NCBI GenBank assembly: GCA_973895155.1
Contig: OZ316895.1
Span: 186,001-250,000 of the forward strand
Reading direction: 5' to 3'
Length of the DNA: 64,000 nt
From: Marsupella aquatica
Lineage: Eukaryota > Plantae > Marchantiophyta
The stretch's first letter is position 1. Each line of letters begins with the position of its first letter. Both the position numbers and the translations under genes were made by a program. The notes beneath the pieces are model-generated. The model worked only from the letters and a program-made list of their open reading frames with translations. It did no database searches and was not told where the DNA came from. Below, piece by piece: positions 46,472 through 57,365 of this stretch.

Positions 46472-49400
46472 TGTGGTGCGTCCCATGGCTCCCTAAACCC
46501 AAGAAACCCCCCAGCTCAAGCCGATTCCCGCAGGTTTCGCGCTTGGTGAGGCCGTTTCCGTGGCTTAGCGGCATGGGACGCTGCTAACCTCCTTCTACTA
46601 TTACTATTAGCCTTTTACACACATATACTGGACAGATCCTTCATCGGGTCATGTGATACGTAGCCGGCCTAATCTAGGCCTTCCCTTGTCTTCCTCTCTT
46701 CTGGTTAGGTATGTTTGGATTCCGCCGCCGGAATGATCCCCAATAGGCTTGGTTAAGCCGCTAAGACCTCTCTCAGCTCGACACATCCAACTCTCACTCC
46801 CTTGCTTACTTTCCTTCCTTCTGGTTGATGTGGGCACTCTTCACACAAGTTAATGCGACACACAAATAGCAAAATGACTCCTTCTGACTGAGTCATACCA
46901 TGCACTTGCAATACAAACAGTACATCTCATACACAAGCTCTGCGAACTAAGCCGTGAGGCCAACTCTATTCAGCTCTTAGGCATGAGGAAACATGAATAT
47001 ACACAAGGTCACGGTATGACTAACCGAGAGCTTCTCTTACTACTTGATCCCAGCCCGGCTGGTGCAAACTAAAAACTTGCTAAAGAAGAGGCCCTGAGCT
47101 CCCCGCTGCCCAGGTACTTATCCTGGTAGTGGATCCGCCTAATTCTTTGCAGCGTAAGCCTAATCTACCTAACAGTAACCTACCTGCCCGAATCTACCTA
47201 TGTACAGCAAGGCAGGAGCACAAGTGTTGCTCCTACCAGTGGAACCGCAATCCCACTAAGCTAAGTGTCAGGGCCGCTCCTGGTCCTGATCCTAACCCTA
47301 AACTTGGAGATCAGCGCCCGCCCTGCCCACTCACGCCTCCTACCTCCATGTCCGCCCTTCCTAAAAGGAACGGCGCCCTTGCACTGTCACGACACCGGTG
47401 GTGGATCCTCAATGGACACCCCCAATGCTTCCTCCGCAACCACTGCCGTCCTCTGACAGATTACCTGCCTCTGACCGAGTCAACTTTTCATCGGCATGAC
47501 TGGGCCCACCCTCGGCTTCGGCATCGGCTCGGAAATCATTCTCGGCTACGGCCTCAGCCACGGCTTCAGCCACTGTCTCCCCGGCCTGCTCAAGAGGTGG
47601 ATCTGGGATACCGGCCTTATTACTGAGTAGTTTGGCTTGGGCCGCGCCATCCCCACCTTTGGTGATAGCGGAATCTATTGCCGTGTTCATGCCGGAGGTT
47701 GGCGCTGGTTTGAGTACGGCTTGAGGGGTCGAATAACCTCCGGACCCCGAAGGTTTCCGCTTATTCTTCTTCACTATCTCCATAGCCTGTTCCTTCCCTT
47801 TGCCGCCAACGTTCGGCACCGGGCCGTGTGTCACGGCTGGTCCTTCGGTAATTACCACCCCTGGTAACTGGTTTGCCCCAACGGGAGATGGACCTGATGC
47901 AGCTAAGCATTTAAATACTGCGGCTTGTTTCTTCAGCCGCTCAGTTTGGTTGTCGGCCCGACGCTGTAGGTTCTCCATCTTCCTTGTGATTTCCTCCAAC
48001 TCCTCCTGGGTCTCATCCAGGTCCTTACGTGCCTTCTCCAGCTCGTTTTTGGCTTCCTCCAATTCCTTGTGGGCTTCCTCCAATTCCTTCTTGGTGGTAG
48101 CCCTCTCCTCCTGGGTTGCTCTCAGCTCCTTGTCGAGCTCCGCTACGACCTTAGATTCCATGTTATGCATCTTGGCATAAGTCTGGTCGAGCTGGGCGTC
48201 CTTCTCCCGCAGGTCAGCCTTGAAGCTGGCCGTCAGGGACGCAAGCTCCTACTGTAGTGCAATAATCCCTTGATAGGATTTCCCTAACTCGGCCTCCTTC
48301 TGCTCAAGGGCTCCGCGGATTTTCTCGAGCTCCCCCTTCAACGCCCATTCCTTTCTTTGAGTCTCCGCCGTGACCCGGTTGTTGACTGCTATATGGGCCT
48401 CCTCTGCATTTCTCAGCTCCTTCTTCCATTTCTCCCTGTCCTTGATTGCGTCGGCCAATTCTCCCTGGGTCTGAGTCAGTTTATCCTTGAAAATCTGATT
48501 ATCAGCCTGCGTTGTGTCCAACTGCCCCTGCATGATGTTCAGCTCATGCCGCTTAATCCACAGTTCATCTTGGGCTTTCTTGGCCGCCTTTAGATCTTCA
48601 ATCTCGGCTTCCATCCTCCTAAGCCGCCGGATGACCTCGTCCTTCTTGCTTCTCTCTAAAGCCACCGCTTCTTCTAATTGGTTCTTCTCCAACTGCTCCC
48701 TATGGAAAAAGGGTCCTACCTCCAACTCCTCCCCAAAGATGCCGAGCGCAAGTTCCCCACACATCTCACCATACTCCATGGCTCTATTCTTAGCGTAGGT
48801 GGAATAAGCAGAAGTGATCGGCATCGCCCATCGCGGCCTCTGCTCCCAAGCCATCTTGCGGATCTCTTCAATCGTGGCTAGAGGTTTGCTTCCTTTTTTG
48901 GCTAGCCGCCTGATGTCCTCCGGCCAATCTCCTCTTGGCAAATCCTTTTCCCTAGCCAGGGCTGCTTCCTCTTCCTGCCTGATTCGCTCCTGAAATTCAT
49001 GCGCCGTCTGTTTTATGCCGTCAAAGCTCGGGGGAGCAACATCTGGTGGGGGAGACTCAGGGCTACTCTGCTGGTTGGGGTCCCCTCGTACTACCCTTGG
49101 AAGTGTGGGGATAAACCGGCCACAGGTCCTTACTCCTGGAACGTGATGGTCCAACCCATAGCCGGAGTTATCATGGCTGCAGTCCTCCACTGCCTCCTCT
49201 ACTTCTTGGACTTCCGGCTTCTCCCTCTCTTCTTCGTCGGTAGGAGCTTCAGGCAATTCTACCTCAGATTCAAAGCTTGAGACTCCCACGTACATTCGAG
49301 CACCCGGCTTGGATTCTGGCCTGATTCTGCTTAGGCTGACCTCTGGGGCAGTGTCCTGTATTGGTGCTGCTGCCGAAGCTGGTACCGGTGCCGATCTCTT

Positions 49401-51111
49401 CTCTTTCTCCAACATTTTCAGCAGATTCTGTATGCTTGGTTGCTGCATCGGCAAGTCTTCCTTCCTTGGCCTAAACACCTGCTCAATCGTAGGGCTAACA
49501 GGTGGTTGAGGCTTCTCTACTACCAGCCTCGGTGCTGGGGCTTCCTCGGGTGCCCTTACCTGCAGGGGAAGTACTGGGGCAAAGGTCTGACCTCTGGCAT
49601 ACCGACACAACAGCGGCATGTGATAGCCAAGCCGCGACACGCTCCCCATGCCGATTACCTGATGCTCCTCCTTTAAGATCTTCTTCAATTGGTTGAGGAG
49701 GTACCCATTGTAGTCCCGGCTTGGGTCTGGCCTCTCTGCCAGATAGACCTGTGCCTTGCCGATCTCTGCCCTTGGCAAGTTACAATGCATGGTCACCCGC
49801 AAGAAGTCGATCATCTCTCCTATGTGCGGGTTGGTGCAGGTGTTCCGGAAGAAGCCGTTCTTCGTTGATGGCCCGGGGAACGACCGGAACTCCTTGTCAG
49901 GCAAGGTCTTCCTGGTATCAACTTTGGTCTTATTGCCTATCGGCAAGCCAAACACTTCGGCAATCACCTTGGGAGTAAGATAGAAATCCTTCCCATATAT
50001 CCTCGTGCAATTGGTCTTGGGTTCCCATGACCCCACGAATTCTAATAGGTCTGAATCCGGTACCTCCGGCTTCAGCCATGGTAATCTTACAAAGGCCTCT
50101 AAGCCGGATCCGGCCATGAAGCCTTGGTACTTCTTGGTCTGCATGGCCGTAAAGCATGCATCCTCCTCCCGTGCAAAATGTAGTTGCACCTCCGCTGGTA
50201 GGGTTGCCGCCCAGCCCTTCCAGGTGTCATCCCTGGTTGGAATGGCATTGATGGGATCGTCCTCCTCCTCTTCGGCTTCTCCCTTCCTCCTGCTCTGCTG
50301 CTCGGCTGGCTTCTTTGGTGCCGCCGACCTCGTTCTTTTTGCCGGGGTGGCTTCATCGTTGACGGCTCTCTTCCTCTTCATCTCGGCTACCGTGGAGGTT
50401 TCTCCTAGCACCGTTGCCTGGGTCCACCTTTCCGTGCTACCCTTCAATTCCCAGTGTATGTTGTTGCAGTTCTTGATGGCCTCTCGAATGCCGATGATTC
50501 TGTCTTCGCAAAACAGAAGATCGTCGAGCTGATTGGAAGTAGGAGTCCACAAGAACTCAGCCTTGATGAGTTCGCCTCCTAAGAAAGCCGTCTTCTGCAG
50601 CTCCCACAATCGAGCGAGCTCCTATCGTTCTTGAGCTGCCCTTTCTGATTCTTCGTCCTCGTAAGTCTTGATGTACTCAATTGCCCGTTCGAACATGCAT
50701 CCCCAGAAATGTGCCGCTTGATTGACGTTGCTCATACCCTCCTTGAGTCGATCGTTGGTATCTGTTCCCACCCCGCATGCTTGCCTAAGCAGCTGACAGT
50801 AGTTGGCCTCCCGTAGTCGTCTGCCTAGTTCGTGCTCGCAAATGAGCCACCATCTCCTGCAAGCGCTCCTTACCCCTCTCCTCTTCCGGTCCTTTCTCCC
50901 GTTGATCCTTCCTAGCCGCCGATGCTTAGCGCGCCCTAACCCTAATCTTGTTTTCACCCCCAGCGTCCTTACCTCCGGCCTCGGCCCGGGTTCCATAGTC
51001 ACCCCTAATTGTTTATATTTTCCTTGTTTTGTCCCTATACTAAGGTGTTTCTAGGGTGCACTCCTGCTTTACCCACTTAACTGGCCGAGTGATTCCTAGC
51101 TAGGCATCACA
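46472..51111 (-). mobile_element. Family A complete solo LTR, 4640 bp (copy A2)
   Basis: TGTGGTGC...GCATCACA inverted termini and 5-bp TSD GTGGG (46467-46471, 51112-51116). Confidence 0.93.
47384..50996 (-). pseudogene. Family A LTR-encoded protein (~1100-1200 aa reconstructed)
   Basis: ORFs 50622-51002, 48249-50609 and 47409-48170 share one frame, separated by single TAG codons that read CAG in sister copies. The product has a FYLTP.VIAEVFGLP core, a long coiled coil and a KKxKRKP motif. Confidence 0.85.
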
Positions 51112-54100
51112 GTGGGTGAAGCTGGCATGTCCGCTGGACTTCGGGCCTCGGGTTGGGGCCGTCTCTCCAAGGCCGGGAAAACCCACCTAGCTGGGACCAG
51201 CTTTGTAACATTGACACGGGGAAGGGTTCGTCGATCAAACCGAGCGTACCACTCAAGAATGATCTCGATGTGGCTAGCAAAATACGCCTTCCCGCCAATG
51301 TACAGCGTCTTCTTTCGCCGCTCCATCTCTTCATGGAATTTCTTAGCGAAGTACGACGCCCACCTCCTAGGTTGATAGTTCTCGACCTGGATAACCTGGG
51401 CGGCGGAGATCTCTCCCCGGGGTTCCATCATGTGGAGGGCGTACCTCTGGAACTCCAGTCGCTCAGCTATCTCCGGGATGAGACAGGTCCTCATCACGAA
51501 CCCGTTGTCCACTGCTCCCTCTGAGGGAAAGCTTGAAGATTGGTACTTGGCTCCCTTGCCCCCGGGAGCCCGTGATTCAACTCGATGGTCACCTTCGGGT
51601 AACCCGAAGATCATCCTGAGCCATTCTTCCGTGAGGGACATACTCCTTCCCCGCAACCGAGTATGTTGACGCGCGTCATCATCATTCCTGACGAACTCCG
51701 TCATGTCCTCCCCGTAGTACCTGCAAGTGTTCCAGGGGAGGGAGGCGAGGTGCTCGAATCCCTGAGTCTTCAGGTACACCACATGCTTGGGATGGAGGAT
51801 GTTTTTGTGAACGTTTTCCCCCATGCGGTGCATTGTCACCTTGGCTACGCCTACCGTGGCCAACGGTAACCCGGATGCAATGGCGGATTCCTTCCTCTTC
51901 TTCCCAAGTGACTGGCTCGGGGAAGGTGACACCTCCCCATCCTCCCGATTGGGCCTGGGTAGTGCCACTGCCGTTAGTAACGGGCCCGGGTCGGCCACCA
52001 TGTTGTCTGCCGGGGCCGCTCCTGGGGTCAGAGCAGGGGGTGGGGACGATATAGTGTCGGCCCCCTGAGCGCTTGTTCCTCTGGGCCTCCTGGTCAAGGG
52101 TGGGGTAGCCTCGTCGTCATCGCTAAGATCCACAGCGTTGATGACGGAGCGTACTTGTGCTGGCTGGGCGATCGGTGGTGGGGTTTGGCTAGGCTGCGGC
52201 TGAGGCTGAGGCTGAAGCTGAAGCTGAACCTGAGGTTGTATGGGTACGGATACGGGTACGGGTACGGCTGAGTTGGTCATATTGGTTGATGGCCGAGTTC
52301 CCCTGAAGCTCTGTAGGTGCTGGTAGAAGTTCTCCGAAGCGAGTGCAGACGACCTTGTCGAACGGGTAGTGCTGGACTCGCTGTTGATGATAGCCCGAAC
52401 CTGAGCAGGGATGTGGTCAAAGTGATGTCGTTGCAAGTCAATCGTACCTGGGATATTGAAGACCTCGTCCGGAAGCTGAAGCAATGCTTCCCAGAACCCG
52501 ATATATTTGTCTCCGTTGAAGAAGTACCCAGATACTTCTGCTGGTCGGTAAAGCTCGCTCTGAGACGGGTAGTCAAAGTTAAGGATGTAGTGGTGTCGTC
52601 CTGCTAGGCGGATGGCTCTCTCGTACTCGCGTTCGATTTTGTATCGGCGCGGGTTGGAGTGTTTCAATGAGTCGGCCAAATGCCTTCCGGTAGATAGGAA
52701 CTGCGTCCAGAATTGAATGGCCGAGCTGGAGAGGATCGTGTGCGACATTCAGAGGAGATAGTAGTGGCGACTTAGAGCAAACGAGAGAGCTGGGGTCGAA
52801 GCTGGCGCGTGGACTGATGGACTGGTGCACTACAAAGGGTTGGCTCCCCTTTTATACCTTGAGGGCTTGTCGATCCTCCGACGTCTCCTCGATGCCCATA
52901 GGCTGAACCGCTCACGCATGTGGTGTACCGGCCACTCCGCCGGTCTGAGTCAGCGCGTGTCAGTGGCCGCTTCCTTAAGTTCGTTATACGGACCCAAGGG
53001 AGGGGCCCCTCCACGCTCGTAACCCGGGTGTGCGAATAGCGACCCGCCGCCAGTCCGAACCTGAATTCCCCCTTATTGCCTAATGATGTCCTACCCATAA
53101 TGATTACCTAAATACTATCGTTATGCTAATAATAGCGGCCTAAGACACTCCTAACGCGCGTGCTGAGCGCAGTTAGACCAAATCACTCATTAACCGCCGT
53201 ACCGGCGGCGTCACAGGGAGACTCGGGGCTGCTCTGCTAGCTCGGGTCTCCTTGAACTACTCTTGGGAGCGTGGGGATGAACTGGCCACAGGTCCTTACT
53301 CCTGGAACATGATGATCCAACCCGTAGCCGAAGTCATCATTGCTGTAGTCCTCTACCGCCTCCTCCTTGGCTTGGACTACCGGCTTCTCCCGCTGTTCTC
53401 CTGGTTTTGTCATGAACACGGCTTCACCTCTCACCGGTCTTGGTTCCTCCTCCGGCTTCCGTGTTGATCTCTTGTTCTCCTTGTCGTGGCCGGGAGCTAC
53501 GGCCTCCTTCTCCTCGGCTTCGGGACTTGAGGCTCCTACATACATCCGGACTCCCGGCTCGTGTTCCGACCTCCTTCTCTCCTTGACCCCAGTAAAGGGG
53601 TTTTCCCTTGTAAGCCGGCTTAGGCCTACCTCTGGAGCAGTGTCCTGCATTGGTGCTATTGCCGTTGCCGTTGCCGTTCTCTTTTCCTTCTCCAGCAATT
53701 TCAGCAGATTTTGCATGCCTGGTTGCTGCATCGGCAAGTCCTCCGTCCTTGGCCTAAACACCTGCTCGATTGTAGGACTGTCGGGCGGGTTGGGTTTCTC
53801 CGTTGCCGGCCTCTGTTCCGGAACCTCCTCTGGTGCCCTTGCCTGTAGGGGAAGTACCGGGGCAAAGGTCTTACTTCGGGCATACCGGCATAGTAGCGGT
53901 ACGTGATAGCCAAGCCGGGACACGCTTCCCTTGCCTATCACCAGTTGTTCCTCCTTCAAGATCTTCTTTAGTTGAGTGAGGAGGTAACCATTGTAGTCCC
54001 GGCTTGGGTCTGGCCTCTCTGCCAGATAGACCTATGCCTCACCGATCTCTGGTCTCGGCCAGTTGCAATGCATGGTCACCCGCAAGAAATCGATCATCTC

Positions 54101-55394
54101 TCCTATATGCGGGTTGGTGCAGGTGTTTCGGAAGAAGCCATTCTTTGTTGAAGGCCCGGGAAATGACCGGAACTCCTTGTCTGGCAAAGTCTTCCTGGTA
54201 TCTACCTTGGTCTTATTGCCCTTCGGCAAGCCAAACACTTCGGCAATCACCTGGGGAGTGAGATAGAAATCCTTCCCATACACCCTTGTGGAATTGGTCT
54301 CGGACTCCCATGATCCCACGAATTCTAGTAAGTTTGAATCCGGCACCTCCGGCTTCAACCATGGTAACTTTACGAAGGCTTCCAAGCCGGATCCGGCCAT
54401 GAAGCCCTGGTATTTCTGAGTCTGCATAGCCGTAAAGCATGCATCCTCCTCCCGTGCAAAGTATAATTGCACTTCCTCGGGGAGAATCGCCGCCCAGCCT
54501 TTCCAGGTGTCATCTCTTGTTGGAATGGCGTTGATGGGGTCGACCTCCTCCTCCTCGGCTTCTCTCTGCCTCTTGCTCTCCTTTTTTGCTGGCTTCCTTG
54601 GTGCCGCCGACCTCGTTCTTTTTGCCAGGGTGGCCTCTTCGTTGTTGTTCCCCTTCCTCTTCATCTCGGCTGCCGTGGATGTCTCTCCTAGCACGGTTGC
54701 CTTTGTCCACCCCTCCGTGCTACCCTTCAACTCCCAGTGTATGTCGTTGCAGCGTTTGATGGCTTCGCGGATGCCGACAACTCTGTCTTCGCAAAACAGC
54801 AGGTCGTCTAGCTTGTTGCCAGTAGGCGTCCACAGGAATTCAGCTTTGATGAGTTCTCCTCCTAAGAAGGAAGCTTTCTGCAGCTCCCACAATCGGGCGA
54901 GCTCCTGCCGTTCTTGAGCTGCTCTCTCTGATTCTTTGTCCTCGTAAGTCCCAATGTACTCAGTTGCCCGTTCGAACAGGCATCCCCAAAAATGTGCCGC
55001 TTGATTGACGTTGCTCATACCCTTCTCGAGTTGATAGTCGGTATCTGTTCCCACCCTGAGCGCTTGCCTAAGCAGTTGACAGTAGTTGGCCGCCCGTAGT
55101 CGCCTGCCCAGTTCGTGCTTGCAAATGAGCCACTATTCCTCGCGAGCGGTCCTTACCCCTCTCCTCCTCTGGTTCTCCCTCCCGTTGGTTACCCCTAGCC
55201 GACGGCACTTAGCGTGCCCTAACCCTAATCATGTTCTCTCCCCTGGCGTCCTTACTTCCGGCCTCGGCTCGGGTTCCATAGTCACCCTTAATTGTTTATA
55301 TTTTCCTTATTTATGTAACTATACTAAGGTGTTTCTAGGGTACACTTCCCATTTCCCTTTAAACTAGCCCAGTGATTCCTGGCTAGGCATCACA

Positions 55395-57365
55395 AACGTC
55401 AAGGATATATTTAAATGGGATGCTGTCCAATGAGATAGGATTGAAAAGGGGAGTCAGACAGGGATGTCCCCTATCACCGCTTGTATTTGTAATTTCTACG
55501 CAGCCGCTTATGGATTTCATGGATGCAAAAATAGCAATGGGTAGGCTGACAGGGATTCAGGTGTCTGAGGTACTTACAATCTGCTACCATTTTTTCGCGG
55601 ATGATTTGGGGATGTTTACACCTGCCACGGAACGGAATTTTTAGCAGGTTACTGCCATAATAGAATGCTACAAAACTGCCACGGGGGCTCGACTCAACTT
55701 GAAGAAATCTATAATTATCCCGATTGTGCTGCGGGTGGTACCGAGATGGCTCAGGGACATGGGATGTGTGATCAGTGGGAGGGGGGAGCTGCAGAAATAT
55801 CTTGGGGCTCCCTTAGGGGTGGATTTATCAATGGAGCAGCTGCACAGTTTTGTCCTAGACAGAATTGGACTGAGGCTTTCCTCATGGGCAAACAAGCTCC
55901 TGACATTCATAGGACGATCGCTGCTGGTGAGACACATTTTACAGGCCATACCGATCTATCACTCCATGTTTCTTAAAGCTTCCACTGGGCTGGCACAAAA
56001 AATGACGGCATTGTGCAGAGATTTCTTATGGGGTTATAATGCGGAGGGGGGTTGTCGGGTGCCATTGGTTTCTTGGGCCAGATTGTCCCGCCCGTTGGGG
56101 GAAGGGGGGTTGGGGATCAAGGACTTCAGGTGCCACTCTGATGCGCTGCTAGCTAAATGGTTTACATGAGCGCTTGACTCCCCGGAGTCTGAATGGGCTT
56201 GCTTGTTTGCTGAAAATTTGAAGCTGATAGGGTGGCACAACTACAAGGTGATACGAAGGAACAATTACTCTTTTCGAGACAAGATGTTGCTCTGCAACCC
56301 GGGGGCGCTTCACGGACTGGTTTACACAGGGGGACTTTGGAAGGCCTGGGAGGAATTGCGATCTAATCTTATCTTTTGCCCTGTGAGATGGTTACCGGGG
56401 AGGTGGTCTGTTGGAGATGCACTCCGCTGTCTAAAAGGCTTCCAGTCTTGGAGCAATGTGGATAAGGCTGCTACTACGGTGCTCTGTGGGAGATTGGTAT
56501 TAGAAGTATACAGGATCTTTGGTCGGAGGACAGCCAGGATTGGAAAAGGATGGAAGGAAGATGGGAACATTTGAGAGGAGTCACACCTGAGCACCTGTCC
56601 CTTGGCCGGTGCTTCTTGGATGCCTTATATGAAGTTGCACAATGTGATTGGGGATTTGAACCAGGACCGGGATGCTGGTGCTGGGCAGATAACCCTGCCC
56701 CTTTGAAGTGCTTTAAGTTACCCAACCGGAGAGCCTACCATCTACTTAGACCTGCTTTGGAGGAGGTGCAAAGCTTGAACAGAACGTGGGGCATCAACAA
56801 GTCTGAGCTAGAGTGGAAGGGGTGCTGGGCCGGTCTGTGGGGGGCATGCATGTCTTGCAGGCAAAGACCTTTCTGTGGAGGGTAATCGCATCGGGACTGT
56901 TCACTGGGGTGCGGGCTGTTAAGATTGGTAAAGGAAGTGGGGAATGTAAGCTTTGTCCGGGAAGGATTGGGTCCATTGCGCACCTGTTCATGGACTGCCC
57001 ACATGCACAGAAGTGTTGGGATCTCTGCTCACAGGGTTTTGGAGGAATGTTTGCAGGATACGCTGGTGGACTGATTGGGCTGCTAGACTCTGCGATAGGC
57101 AGACACCATAGCAAGATAGTAATGATGGTAGTGTTGTACCAGATGTTGTGGGCATTGTGGCTTGGGCGTAATGAGCACATGTTCCAAGTTGCTGGGTGCA
57201 GGAAACTTGATTTCCAATTCATTTTGGCTGAGGCGGCAGACCATGTTTCGGCTGTGGCGGCTGCTTTGCCTGCTTGTAACCGGAAAACATGATTACTGAG
57301 AGCAAAAGAAATGATTAACAGGGAGAGGATTGCTTGGCTGAAGCGTAGAGATGTGTGGATCACTT
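55395..57365 (+). pseudogene. LINE ORF2 reverse transcriptase C-terminal part and zf-RVT
   Basis: RGVRQGCPLSP, FFADD, KYLGAPL, CRDFLWG, GGLGI and CKLC...HLFMDC, with stops and frameshifts. Confidence 0.92.

Larger units (their letters stand above)
45461..52748 (-). pseudogene. Family B LTR-encoded protein (~880 aa reconstructed), interrupted by A2
   Basis: 52748-51112 joins 46466-45629 in frame (SPT|PPPQ) once A2 and one TSD are removed, and reads through two stops to ...GKRAKH*. A TATAAAA lies on the minus strand at ~52850-52856. Confidence 0.8.
44579..53215 (-). mobile_element. Family B solo-LTR-like unit, 3992 bp after removing nested A2
   Basis: TGTCACGTCGTCGG...CCGGCGGCGTCACA imperfect inverted termini and 5-bp TSD GGGAG (44574-44578, 53216-53220). 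No gag or pol inside. Confidence 0.9.
42883..55394 (-). mobile_element. Family A giant LTR, copy A3 (42883-44578 plus 53216-55394), host of family B
   Basis: Collinear with A2 across the GGGAG TSD. It ends GCATCACA at 55394 and lacks the last ~0.8 kb. Confidence 0.9.

Noticed and set aside
47409-48800. Coiled-coil ORFs as host SMC, myosin or env genes
   Set aside because: They lie within TSD-flanked repeats and have no ATPase motifs, signal peptide or transmembrane segment.
29396-54917. Recurrent plus-strand ORFs (for example the 174-175 aa MELVS... ORFs) in family A copies
   Set aside because: Antisense shadows of the LTR ORF, recurring only because the DNA is repeated.
42291-55394. A MULE/foldback transposon with 590-bp TIRs
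   Set aside because: The arms are LTR starts, one preceded by an integrase end and PPT, and there is no TSD.
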